A stretch of DNA of 64,000 bases, taken from the NCBI GenBank assembly GCA_016177405.1, contig JACOVG010000004.1:18674-82673 (forward strand). The letters are read 5' to 3'. Below, piece by piece: positions 48,717-57,824 of the stretch. Made by a program: the position numbers and the translations under genes. Source of the stretch: Candidatus Omnitrophota bacterium (GTDB taxonomy: Bacteria; Omnitrophota; Gorgyraeia; 1-14-0-20-64-10). Numbering within the stretch: position 1 is the stretch's first letter; every line of letters begins with the position of its first letter. The notes below the pieces were generated by a model that searched no databases, was not told where the DNA came from, and saw only the letters and a program-made list of their open reading frames with translations.

Positions 48717-49465
48717 GCGCTGCCCCAGCGGGCCCGCACCTGGCTGCCGATCAACCGGTTGAACACCAGCCCATCCACCACCATGCCGATCCCCGCGATG
48801 ATCACCATGTAGGCCAAGAGCTCCTCGACCCGGCGCTGTTTGGCCGCCTCGCTGATGAGCTGTCCCATCCCCCGGATCGAGCCGATCAGGAGCTCCCCGG
48901 CCATCAGCGCCCTCCAGCCAAAGGCCCAGGCCAGGCGCAGGCCGTCTATGATCCTAGGAATCGCCGCGGGCACAATCACGTGCCAGAAGATCTTGGTGCC
49001 GCTGGCCCCCATGGTCCTGGCCGCTCGCAGGATAAGCGGCGGAACATCCCGCACCCCGAAGCTGGTGTTGACCACCACGATGCCGGTCGCTCCCAGCAGG
49101 ATCGTGAAGATGACCGCCCCTTCGTTCAGGCCAAACAGAAGCACCGCCAGGGGAACCCATGCCGCCCCCGGCATCGCGTTGAGCGCGGAAACCAGTGTTC
49201 CCAAGAGGTCGTCGAGCCATCGAAAACGGCCCAGGAGCAGGCCTGAGCCAATCCCCACCAGGCACACGGCCAGATACCCCATCGCCATCCGCTTTAAAGA
49301 GCCCGCCAGCGCGATCAGAAAGGAAGGATCGGCGAAGTCCCTCGCCGCCAGCTTCAGGATTCCAACGAAAGAGGGCACGCCGGCAAAAATCCAAGAGGCC
49401 AGCTCCCAGAGGGCCAGCAGAAAAAGCCAGGGCGCCAGGGCGCGCCAAATCCGTTTTTTCTTCAC
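48713..49465 (-). CDS. NitT/TauT family ABC permease
   Basis: EAA-like RAARTMGAS, WRALMAGE; GTG start. Confidence 0.88.
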   Translation of the reverse strand: MKKKRIWRALAPWLFLLALWELASWIFAGVPSFVGILKLAARDFADPSFLIALAGSLKRMAMGYLAVCLVGIGSGLLLGRFRWLDDLLGTLVSALNAMPGAAWVPLAVLLFGLNEGAVIFTILLGATGIVVVNTSFGVRDVPPLILRAARTMGASGTKIFWHVIVPAAIPRIIDGLRLAWAFGWRALMAGELLIGSIRGMGQLISEAAKQRRVEELLAYMVIIAGIGMVVDGLVFNRLIGSQVRARWGSA

Positions 49466-50259
49466 TCCATCCTCTCCACCAGGTAATCGAGGTCTTCGTC
49501 CTTCACCACCTTGGCGATCTCCTCCTTCAGGCCCAGCAGGATTCTCTGCTGAATCACAATGAGGTGCGGATCCGATTCCCTCCGCGGCCGGGGCAAATGG
49601 ATCTGAAAACCGCCCTTGATCCTGCCGGGGCGAGCCGACATCTCCAGCACCTTGTCCCCCAAAACCGTCGCCTCCCGCACGTTGTGGGTCACAAAGAAAA
49701 TCGTCTTGTGGGTTGTCTGCCAAATCTCCAGGAGCTCTTCGTGCAGAAGGCGCCGGGTCTGGGCGTCGAGCGCCCCGAAGGGCTCATCCATGAGGAGGAT
49801 CTTGGGGTCCATCGCCAGGGCTCGGGCGATCGCCACCCTTTGCTTCATCCCGCCGGAGAGCTGGTGGGGATAGGCGTCGGCGAAGCGGCTTAGGTGAACC
49901 ATCTTGAGATACTGGGCCGATTTCTGCCGGCGCTGCGCCTCGCCAATCCCCAGCATCTTCAGGCCGAACTCCACGTTGCGCCGCACGGTCAGCCACGGAA
50001 AAAGGGCCGGTTCCTGGAAAACGACCACCCGGTCCCTTCCCGGGCCGGTGACCGGCGAGCCGTCAATCAACAGCCTGCCCGAGGTGGGACGCTCCAGCCC
50101 GGCGATCAGGTGGATCAGGGTGGACTTGCCGCAGCCGGAGGGCCCCACCAGGCAGACGAACTCCCCCTTCTCGATCGTGAAGTTCAGCTCCTCCAGGACC
50201 GCGATCGAGCCGCCGTTGCCGGGAAAACTCTTGGAGACCTTCTCAAGGACGACCTGCAT
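49462..50259 (-). CDS. NitT/TauT family ABC ATP-binding protein
   Basis: GPSGCGKST, LSGGMKQR, MDEPFGALD. Confidence 0.92.
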   Translation of the reverse strand: MQVVLEKVSKSFPGNGGSIAVLEELNFTIEKGEFVCLVGPSGCGKSTLIHLIAGLERPTSGRLLIDGSPVTGPGRDRVVVFQEPALFPWLTVRRNVEFGLKMLGIGEAQRRQKSAQYLKMVHLSRFADAYPHQLSGGMKQRVAIARALAMDPKILLMDEPFGALDAQTRRLLHEELLEIWQTTHKTIFFVTHNVREATVLGDKVLEMSARPGRIKGGFQIHLPRPRRESDPHLIVIQQRILLGLKEEIAKVVKDEDLDYLVERME

Positions 50260-51406
50260 ACGCCTCCCTCAAGACTCCGGCGATCTCCGGCCGGGTGAAT
50301 TCCGGCGGAGGGGCCTTGCCCTCGGAGAGCATCTGCCGGACCGCCGTTCCGCTTAAAGAAACCCGCTCGGTGGCCACATGGGGGCAGGTCTTGACGGTGG
50401 CCATTCCCTGGCAGACCCTGCAGAAGAAGGCGTTGTCGAAGCAAAGGGGTATCACCCGAAGCTCCTCCGGGCCGAAGCGCTCGAAGATCCGCTGGGCGTC
50501 AAACGGGCCGTAGAACTTGCCCACCCCGGCGTGATCGCGGCCCACGATAAAGTGGGAGCAGCCGTAATTCTGCCGGATGATCGCGTGGAAGACCGCCTCC
50601 CGGGGGCCGGCGTACCGCATCGAGGCCGGGTTGACCACCAGCAGAACCCGGTCGCCCGGGAGATACCCCTCCATCAGCGCCTGGTAGCAGCGCATCCGAA
50701 GCTCCGGCGGCAGGTCGTCCCCCTTGGTCTTGCCCACCAGGGGATGAATCATCAGCCCGTCCGAAAGCTCCAGGGCGCAGCGCAGAAGATACTCGTGCGC
50801 CCGGTGAATCGGGTTGCGGGTCTGGAAGCCCACCACCCGCCGCCAGCCCCTCTTGCGGAACTCCTGCCGGGTCTGGGCGGGGCTCAAGCGGTTCTCCGAG
50901 AAATCGTCGTGCTCCGGCAGGTTCAGCACCGAAACCCTCCCGCCCAGATAGAGGCTGCCCTGACCCATCACCTTGGCCACCCCGGGGTGCGAGCCGTCGG
51001 TCGTCCCGTAAACCAGCTTGGACTCCACCAGCTTGTTGTAAGGAAAAAGCTCCGGGGCGTGGAGGATGGCGACCGTTTGACCGCTCTCGGTGACCAGGGA
51101 AAAATCCAGGCCCTCCCGCCACCGGTCCGCCTCCTCCTCGTTGACCGACAGGGTGACTGGGATGGGCCAGACTGTCCCGTCGGCCAGCCGCAGTCTATCC
51201 ACCACCGAGTCGTAGTCGGCCTGCCCCATGAAGCCCGAAAGGGGCGAGACCGCTCCGATCGCCATCATCTCCACGTCGGAGACCTCCCACTCATCCAGGA
51301 CAATCCTGGGGAGGTTCTTCGCCTTGTGTAGCAGGGAATCCCTTTCGTGCCCCTGGACGAGGCACTCCACCAGCCGCCCTCCGTGCGGAGCGATGAGCTC
51401 GGCCAC
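50243..51406 (-). CDS. sat: Sulfate adenylyltransferase
   Basis: FQTRNPIHRAHE, MRYAGPREA, GRDHAG. Confidence 0.96.
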   Translation of the reverse strand: MAELIAPHGGRLVECLVQGHERDSLLHKAKNLPRIVLDEWEVSDVEMMAIGAVSPLSGFMGQADYDSVVDRLRLADGTVWPIPVTLSVNEEEADRWREGLDFSLVTESGQTVAILHAPELFPYNKLVESKLVYGTTDGSHPGVAKVMGQGSLYLGGRVSVLNLPEHDDFSENRLSPAQTRQEFRKRGWRRVVGFQTRNPIHRAHEYLLRCALELSDGLMIHPLVGKTKGDDLPPELRMRCYQALMEGYLPGDRVLLVVNPASMRYAGPREAVFHAIIRQNYGCSHFIVGRDHAGVGKFYGPFDAQRIFERFGPEELRVIPLCFDNAFFCRVCQGMATVKTCPHVATERVSLSGTAVRQMLSEGKAPPPEFTRPEIAGVLREAYAGRP

Positions 51407-51835
51407 TTACTCCTTCCCTTCCAGGTGCCCGGCCAGCGCGGCCGAGGTCTTGGAGCCGATCACGCCGTCGGGCGTCAGGCCGTTGGCCCGCTGAAAGGCC
51501 TTGACCGCCTGCTTGGTCTTGGGGCCCAGCTTTCCGTCAACGGACCCCTCGTAGAAACCGGCGGCTTTGAGCGCCATCTGAACCTGCCGCGGAGAGAGGG
51601 CCTCTTTCCTGGCCGGCTTCGCTGGGGCCTGCGCCTTCTGGTCTGCCTGCGCGACCGTCAACTGCGCCTCAATCTCCGCCAGTTTCTGGTCCAGCTCCCC
51701 CACCCTCGTTTCCAGGGCAGCCACCTGTTGGTTTAACGCCTCGTTTTGCTTGGAGCGGCTGCCGGTCATCGTGGCGCATCCGGAAACCAGCAGGGCCGTA
51801 AGGGCGGCACCGCTTGCAAGTTGAATTCGTTTCAT
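51407..51835 (-). CDS. Lipoprotein with coiled coil and peptidoglycan-binding domain
   Basis: LVSGC lipobox; VDGKLGPKT..AVKAFQ..GLTPDGVIG. Confidence 0.85.
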   Translation of the reverse strand: MKRIQLASGAALTALLVSGCATMTGSRSKQNEALNQQVAALETRVGELDQKLAEIEAQLTVAQADQKAQAPAKPARKEALSPRQVQMALKAAGFYEGSVDGKLGPKTKQAVKAFQRANGLTPDGVIGSKTSAALAGHLEGKE

Positions 51836-51861
51836 CGCTCGACTCCTTGGCTTAAGTTGGA

Positions 51862-52593
51862 TTAATGTTTCGGTTTGACGTGGAGCCCGCATTCCTTCTG
51901 TTCCGGAAGCTCCCACCACCAGCGGCCGGCCCGGATGTCCTCGCCGGGCTTCACCGCCCGGGTGCAGGGGGCGCAGCCGATCGAAGGAAAGTTCTGATCG
52001 TGGAGCTTGTTGTAGGGGATCTGGTTCTTCTTGATGGTGTCCCAAACCTGCTGGGTCGTCCAATCGGCGATCGGGTTCACCTTCACCATGTTCTGATGGG
52101 CGGTGTCCACCTCCACCTTGGGCAGCCCCCCGCGGGTCACCGCCTGCTCCCGCCTTAGTCCCGTGATCCAGGCGTCCAACTCGGCCAGCGCTCTGGTGAG
52201 CGGCTCCACCTTCCGGATGCCGCAGCACTCCTTGCGGTTGGCGATCGATTCCCGGAAGGAGTAAAAGCCCTTTTCCCGCTCCAGCTTCTCGACCGCCGCC
52301 TTGTCCGGGAAGTAGCTCTTGATCGAAACGCCGTACTTTTCCCGGATCCGGTCCATCACCTCGTAGGTCTCCTCGTGAAGGCGCCCGGTGTCCAGGGTGA
52401 AGATCGTGATCTTGGGGTTCACCTTCACCAGAAGATCGATCACCACCACGTCCTCGGCCCCGAAGCTGGAGGCAAACCCCAGCTTAGGATGAAAATTCTC
52501 CGCCGCCCACCTTAAGACCGCGGCGGCATCCTTGGTTTCCAATTCCTTGGCCGCTTCAGCCACGCTGGCTTTGTCCCAACCTAAAGTTGTCAT
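51862..52593 (-). CDS. cysH: APS reductase (4Fe-4S type)
   Basis: LDTGRL, ECCGIRKVEPL, SIGCAPCT, ECGLH. Confidence 0.93.
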   Translation of the reverse strand: MTTLGWDKASVAEAAKELETKDAAAVLRWAAENFHPKLGFASSFGAEDVVVIDLLVKVNPKITIFTLDTGRLHEETYEVMDRIREKYGVSIKSYFPDKAAVEKLEREKGFYSFRESIANRKECCGIRKVEPLTRALAELDAWITGLRREQAVTRGGLPKVEVDTAHQNMVKVNPIADWTTQQVWDTIKKNQIPYNKLHDQNFPSIGCAPCTRAVKPGEDIRAGRWWWELPEQKECGLHVKPKH

Positions 52594-52624
52594 TTCCTGT
52601 TGAAATCCTCCTTGGATTTGAATA

Positions 52625-52649
52625 ATTCTTGACTATTTTAGTCAAGAAT
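52625..52649. promoter_or_regulatory. Rrf2 (IscR type-1-like) operator
   Basis: Perfect inverted repeat ATTCTTGACTA-TTT-TAGTCAAGAAT between promoter and cysH. Confidence 0.75.
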
Positions 52650-52658
52650 ACTGGATAA

Positions 52659-52688
52659 ATTTTACATATTCCCTCTAACCTCTGTCAA
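52659..52688 (-). promoter_or_regulatory. Sigma70 promoter of the cys/hem operon
   Basis: TTGACA-N18-TAAAAT. Confidence 0.65.
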
Positions 52689-52696
52689 CACAAATT

Positions 52697-54034
52697 TCAC
52701 TGGCGGAGTTTGTCCAGCCGTTCTTTAATCTGCTGTTCGAAGCCTTGGGTCGTGGGTTCGTAGTAGCGGCGCTTCTTGGGCAGGTAATCCTGCTGGACGT
52801 GGCCGCCGGGAAAATTGTGGGCGTATTGGTACCCCTCGCCGTGGCCCAGGCGCTTGGCGCCGGGGTAGTTGGCGTCCTTCAAATGGGTGGGAACCTCCAG
52901 GGTGGTTCCCTTTTCGACATCCGCGGCGGCCTTCACGAGGGCCATGTAGGCGGCGTTCGACTTGGGGGCGCAGGCGACATAGATGGTCGCCTGGGCCAAG
53001 GGGATCCGGCACTCCGGCAGACCCACAAACTCCACCGCCTGCTGGGCCGCCGTGGCCACCACGAGGGCCTGCGGGTCAGCGTTGCCGACATCCTCGGCCG
53101 CGCAGATCATGAGGCGCCTCGCGATGAAGCGGGGGTCCTCGCCGGCGTAGAGCATCTTGGCCAGCCAATAGATGGCCGCGTCCGGGTCGGTACCGCGCAT
53201 CGACTTGATAAAGGCTGAAATCGTGTCGTAGTGGGCATCCTCATCCCGGTCGTAGACGACCGCCTTTTTCTGGACCGCCTCCTCGGCCACTGCCCGCGTG
53301 ATGACGACGGTTCCATCCTTGGCCGGCGGGGTGGACAGGGCCGCCAACTCCAGGCCGTTTATGGCCCGCCGGGCGTCCCCGTCGGAAATTTCGGCGAAAA
53401 AATCCAGGGCTTCATCGGCAAGCTTGAGCTTCATCTTGCCAAGGCCGCGCTCGGCGTCCGAGGCGGCCCGCTTCAAAAGGGTCTTTAAATCCTCCTTGGA
53501 GAGGGGCTTGAATTCCGCCACGAGCGACCTGGAAAGAAGGGGCGAGACGAGGGAAAAGAAGGGGTTGTGGGTCGTGGCCCCGATTAAGATCACCGTGCCG
53601 TCTTCCACCTCCGGCATCAGGACGTCCTGCTGGGCCTTGTTGAACCGGTGGATCTCGTCGATGAAAAGGACTGTCCGCCGGCCCTGGCTCAAGCGCAGCT
53701 TGGCCGCCTCGATCGCCCGGCGCAGATCCTCCACGCCGGCGGCCACGGCGTTGATCCGCTCCACGTGGGCTTGTGTCTTCGCGGCCGCCAGGTGCCCAAA
53801 GGCGCTCTTGCCGCAGCCCGGCGGCCCATACAGGATGACGCTCGTCAGGCGGTCGGCCTCGAGGGCGCGGGTCAACAGCTTGCCGGGGCCCACCAGGTGC
53901 GGCTGGCCCACAAACTCGGAAAGCTCCCTCGGCCGCATCCGGGCCGCCAGCGGGGCGGCGGAGGGAGGGTCTTTTTCGCGGCCGGCCCAGAAGAGGTCCC
54001 CGGTGGCGGGGGCCCGGGTTGATTTTCGCTTCAA
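52697..54034 (-). CDS. rarA: Replication-associated recombination protein RarA/MgsA
   Basis: PLAARMRP, GPPGCGKS, DEIHRFNKAQQD, ISAFIKSMRG. Confidence 0.95.
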   Translation of the reverse strand: MKRKSTRAPATGDLFWAGREKDPPSAAPLAARMRPRELSEFVGQPHLVGPGKLLTRALEADRLTSVILYGPPGCGKSAFGHLAAAKTQAHVERINAVAAGVEDLRRAIEAAKLRLSQGRRTVLFIDEIHRFNKAQQDVLMPEVEDGTVILIGATTHNPFFSLVSPLLSRSLVAEFKPLSKEDLKTLLKRAASDAERGLGKMKLKLADEALDFFAEISDGDARRAINGLELAALSTPPAKDGTVVITRAVAEEAVQKKAVVYDRDEDAHYDTISAFIKSMRGTDPDAAIYWLAKMLYAGEDPRFIARRLMICAAEDVGNADPQALVVATAAQQAVEFVGLPECRIPLAQATIYVACAPKSNAAYMALVKAAADVEKGTTLEVPTHLKDANYPGAKRLGHGEGYQYAHNFPGGHVQQDYLPKKRRYYEPTTQGFEQQIKERLDKLRQ

Positions 54035-54129
54035 GAGGCTTCCTCAAAAATTAAAGGGCCGGATCCCTTTACCTTAAACCCAACTCCAGCTTGTCCACTT
54101 CACAAGCCAGGGATCCGGCCCCGCTGAAA

Positions 54130-54331
54130 ACCCCGCGAATGCCGTGTGGCGAGCGCATTCGTGAACCGTGAGTTCACTACCTTGGGAACTTGATCGGGGG
54201 TTTCTTGCTTCCCTGATTCGCCAACGAACTCTCGCGAGCCGGGCCTGCGTTCCACCGCCGAATTCAAGCTCCCTGTGATTCTGGTGTTGGTTCAGAATCG
54301 TCTCTGGCCAAACACGCGCACCGCAGGGACA
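54130..54331 (-). ncRNA. ssrS: 6S RNA
   Basis: About 200-nt rod: 5' CCCUGCGGUGC pairs with 3' GCAUUCGCGGGG, and UGAACC pairs with GGUUCA; position between pheT and rarA/ygfA. Confidence 0.8.
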
Positions 54332-54336
54332 TTTTC

Positions 54337-54365
54337 CTTATACCTCCGCGCCATCGCGATGGCAA
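54337..54365 (-). promoter_or_regulatory. Sigma70 promoter of 6S RNA
   Basis: TTGCCA-N17-TATAAG just upstream of the RNA. Confidence 0.7.
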
Positions 54366-54395
54366 GGAAAAAAGGAGGGGTGCGAAATTCACCTG

Positions 54396-55211
54396 CTAGG
54401 CTCTAAAGTGAGCCGCAAGAAAAACAGCAAGAAGAACTACGCCGAAGGCGCAGACCACCGCGGCGCCGGTTGGGAGATCCCAAAAATAGGAGGCCGCAAT
54501 CCCCAGGATGCTGGTCAGCGCCCCGATGGCCCAGCCGATGGCGAGCCGCTGGGCGATGGATCTGCCCAGTAGAACCCCGCAGACCGCCGGGACGATGAGG
54601 TAGCTGAAAACCAGAAGCACCCCGGCCATCTCCACCGAGCTCGTCACCACGAACCCAAAGGTCGCGTAGAAGAAGAGGTCCCACAGACGAACCGGCATCC
54701 CCCGGGCGAAGGCCTCCTGGGGTTTTTGCGAGATGAACAAGAGGGGCCGCCTGGCCAGCCAGTGGAGCGCTCCGATGGCGCCGTAAATGGCGGCCACCTT
54801 GCCCACCTCGGACCAGCGGGCCAGCAGGAGGTGGCCCACCAGCAGAGACTTCAGCTCCTCGCCTCCTTCCGCGGCGCGGTTTAAAACAAGAATCGCCGCC
54901 GCCGCGGCGACCGCGTAAACGACCCCGATGATCGCCTCATGAGGAACCTTTTCCTCCCGGAATCGTGTGAGCGAAAAAATCACGGCCCCCAGGAAGGTGA
55001 AGCCTAAGGCGAACAGGTAATTCGCGCTGTGGTGGAGCCCGAACCCGAAAAGGAACCCCACGGTGGACCCGAGCGCCGCGATCTGGGCGAGGGCCAGGTC
55101 GACAAAGATCACCTGCCGCTCAATGACGTGCAGCCCCAGGTAAGCGTGGATGCCGGTCAACACCAGGCAGGCGGCAAAGGGGGCCGCCATCAGATGGAAA
55201 AATTCCGTCAT
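54396..55211 (-). CDS. Zn/Mn ABC transporter permease
   Basis: FVDLALAQIAALG, EAIIG, GVLLVFSYLIVPA. Confidence 0.88.
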   Translation of the reverse strand: MTEFFHLMAAPFAACLVLTGIHAYLGLHVIERQVIFVDLALAQIAALGSTVGFLFGFGLHHSANYLFALGFTFLGAVIFSLTRFREEKVPHEAIIGVVYAVAAAAAILVLNRAAEGGEELKSLLVGHLLLARWSEVGKVAAIYGAIGALHWLARRPLLFISQKPQEAFARGMPVRLWDLFFYATFGFVVTSSVEMAGVLLVFSYLIVPAVCGVLLGRSIAQRLAIGWAIGALTSILGIAASYFWDLPTGAAVVCAFGVVLLAVFLAAHFRA

Positions 55212-56131
55212 GGAGATGCCTTAAAGCCCTCGACCAGTTGATTCACATTATAGTCCATCCAGGAAAAATAATCGGAGGCCTCCGGCAATTCTCTCACGTT
55301 CTGGCAAAGCGTCACCACCTTCGCCCCGGTCCGTTCGGCCAGCGCCTCCGAGGCGGCCCGGGAGAAATAGGTTGACTGAACGATAACCCGGATGCCGCGG
55401 GTTTTCATGTATTCCTCCAGGAAGCCCAGGTGTTTGGGCCCAGGAGGAATTCCGGGCTTGGGCTCCAGAAACTGCTCGATCCTGATCCCGAGAAATTCCG
55501 CCAGGTACGGCCATTCGTTGTGATAGGCCACCGTCTCTTTCCCTCGAATGGCCGCGGAGATCTTCCTCCAGCCGGCGAGCCGCTGGTCGAGCCGCTGAAG
55601 AAACTCGGCCAATCTTTTCTGATAAGCCGACGCGTGGGCGGGATCGATGTCGGAGAGCTTCTTAGCGATCGCTTTCGCCATGATCTTGGCGTTCTCCGGC
55701 TCCAGCCAGTAATGGGGGTTTCCATAAATGTGGATGTCCCCCATGAGACGAGACAGGGGCCGGTCCGGCACCTCCAGCAACGGAATGCCGATGGACAGAT
55801 CCAGCTCCCCTTCTTGGCCCGGGAAGACCCTCGCGTTACCGGCAGCATCCAAGAGCGGGCCTTTCCAGACCTCCAGATCGAGGCCCGCGTGGACCAGCAA
55901 ATCCGCCTTCTTCACCTTGAGCACATCGCTGGGCCTGGGCTCAATGAAGTGCGGGTTGAAGCGGGGCGGGGCCACCGAGGTCACCTCCACCTCCTCCGCG
56001 CCGATCTGCTTGACCAGGTCGGCAAAGGTGGACAGCGTGGTCACCACGCGCAGGGGCGCAGCGCCCCAAACGAACGGCGTCGGTTCCTGCGCCGCGATCA
56101 GGACTAAAAGACCAGCGAGTATTTTTCTCAT
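55208..56131 (-). CDS. Zn/Mn ABC substrate-binding protein
   Basis: NPHFIE, DIHIYGNPHYWL, YH, EPKPGIPP. Confidence 0.9.
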   Translation of the reverse strand: MRKILAGLLVLIAAQEPTPFVWGAAPLRVVTTLSTFADLVKQIGAEEVEVTSVAPPRFNPHFIEPRPSDVLKVKKADLLVHAGLDLEVWKGPLLDAAGNARVFPGQEGELDLSIGIPLLEVPDRPLSRLMGDIHIYGNPHYWLEPENAKIMAKAIAKKLSDIDPAHASAYQKRLAEFLQRLDQRLAGWRKISAAIRGKETVAYHNEWPYLAEFLGIRIEQFLEPKPGIPPGPKHLGFLEEYMKTRGIRVIVQSTYFSRAASEALAERTGAKVVTLCQNVRELPEASDYFSWMDYNVNQLVEGFKASP

Positions 56132-56138
56132 GGCGGGC

Positions 56139-57452
56139 TCACTGAAGCTGGTGCTTGTGGGTGCCGATGGCGAAGGTCCCCTGGAGGAAAACGGCGTCAT
56201 CCTCCTTGGAGCTTGCACGCTCCTCGTGCCGGTACTGGAGCCGCCACCGGGCCCATTCGCTCTGATAAAAGGTCACAAAGGCGCTCAACCCCTGATCGGC
56301 ATGCCGGCTGGCGGCCGTATCGATGAGCCGCGCATGATCGGCCCTCAAACCGGCCCCCCAGCGGGGAGCGAATTTGTAGTCGGCCAGAAGGTACGCCCCC
56401 CAGGGGTGGCGGTCGAATTGGGTCGTTGCCCCGGTGGTGGAGTCTATGCCGAAGGCCTCGTCCCGGTGCTGGAGGTAAAACTCCCCTTGGAGTTTGAGCT
56501 TCGTGCTGGGGGAGAGATGGTTCAGGTAGGTGGCGTCCAGCCCCAGCACGTTCACCTCAAAGGCGGCGTCGGCGTCACTGGAACCCACCAAGTGAGAGAT
56601 CCCCAGCTCAAGATTCGAGGCCTCGGTGAGATCCTTGAAGGCCTTGAGGTGGCTGTAAAGGGTGGGCCGGCGCCTGGTGGATCCGAAGGTGGCGGCCCCC
56701 TCGCCGATGCCCCCTTCCAAAACACCCACGGTCGGCTCCAGGACCGTCCCCCCGGGCCCCTCCAGAATGCCGGTCAGATCCGCGCCGCTTCGGAAATAAC
56801 CTTCGGCGCCGAAGTAGCGTCGGATGACGATCGGCTCATCCACGGTGGAGAGCTGGTCCCGGTGGATCCCCGCCGTCTTGCCGATCTTGGGAAAGAAGCG
56901 TCCGAAGCGTCCCTTCAAATCCCACGGCAAGTTCCAGTACGTGAGGTAGGCTTCCTCAATGTCGGCCGCCTCGGAGTCGGAGAAGGCGAAGGTGGCGTCA
57001 AACCGGGAGTAGGGGTCCACATAGCCCCCCACGATCAGCTCCACCTCGCGGGCGGAGAACCGGTCGTTGCCATCGCCGTCGGCCCCGTCCTGCGAGGAGG
57101 TGGCCACGAGGTCGCCCAGCAAGCCGATCTCCGGAAGAACCGAGCCGATCACCCCCGGCAAGGAACTCCCTTTGGCTGGAGCCGGCGGCGCAGGCATGGG
57201 GCCCGATGGAGCGGCCGGCGTGGCCGCCGGCTGTTTGATTTGGCGCTCCAATTCATCGATCCGCGCCTGCTGTTTTTGAATCAACTCATTCTGATTCTCA
57301 AGGGATTGCCGCATCTCCCCCAGTGTCTTGCGCATTTCCTTCAGCTCCTCTGCCACCTCTGAACTTGAATCCGCCCGGGCGCAGGGTAAAAGGGCTGCAG
57401 ACAGTAAACCCGCGAGCAGGGCGCTCGCGCCAATGAAGACAACATGCCGCAT
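56139..57452 (-). CDS. Outer-membrane porin-like protein of a metal-uptake operon
   Basis: Signal peptide, coiled coil, EVEL..YVDPY, EEAY, terminal IGTHKH. Confidence 0.75.
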   Translation of the reverse strand: MRHVVFIGASALLAGLLSAALLPCARADSSSEVAEELKEMRKTLGEMRQSLENQNELIQKQQARIDELERQIKQPAATPAAPSGPMPAPPAPAKGSSLPGVIGSVLPEIGLLGDLVATSSQDGADGDGNDRFSAREVELIVGGYVDPYSRFDATFAFSDSEAADIEEAYLTYWNLPWDLKGRFGRFFPKIGKTAGIHRDQLSTVDEPIVIRRYFGAEGYFRSGADLTGILEGPGGTVLEPTVGVLEGGIGEGAATFGSTRRRPTLYSHLKAFKDLTEASNLELGISHLVGSSDADAAFEVNVLGLDATYLNHLSPSTKLKLQGEFYLQHRDEAFGIDSTTGATTQFDRHPWGAYLLADYKFAPRWGAGLRADHARLIDTAASRHADQGLSAFVTFYQSEWARWRLQYRHEERASSKEDDAVFLQGTFAIGTHKHQLQ

Positions 57453-57515
57453 GGAATCCTCCTTGTGAAATGAAGCGCTGAATTTCTCGAAATGCCCGGC
57501 AGGAAGAATTACGTT

Positions 57516-57818
57516 CTAGGCAGGAGGGGCGCGGCTGTCGAAAAGGGACGCGGCGTCTTGCGAAACCAGGAGCGGGATTTTCCTAACGGAGGATCCCTCA
57601 AGAAGCTGAAGCGGAACCGGCGCCAAAATCTCCGGCGCGACGGAGGGGAAAGCCGATTGGGCCCGGCAGGCCCAGCAGTCGTGCGGCGCCGAGCCGGACC
57701 CCGCCAGGTGGGAGTGGGGCAGCGCCGAGGCAATTCCCAGCAGGAGAAAGGCGCCCAGCGAAACGATCAGGAGGGTTTTGAGAAAAGGCAACCGGCGCAT
57801 GACCAGAATCGTCGGCAT
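57516..57818 (-). CDS. DUF2946-like leader protein with CxxC and RAPP motif
   Basis: TM segment, HSH..HDCWAC, C-terminal SRAPPA. Confidence 0.75.
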   Translation of the reverse strand: MPTILVMRRLPFLKTLLIVSLGAFLLLGIASALPHSHLAGSGSAPHDCWACRAQSAFPSVAPEILAPVPLQLLEGSSVRKIPLLVSQDAASLFDSRAPPA

Positions 57819-57824
57819 CGTGGG

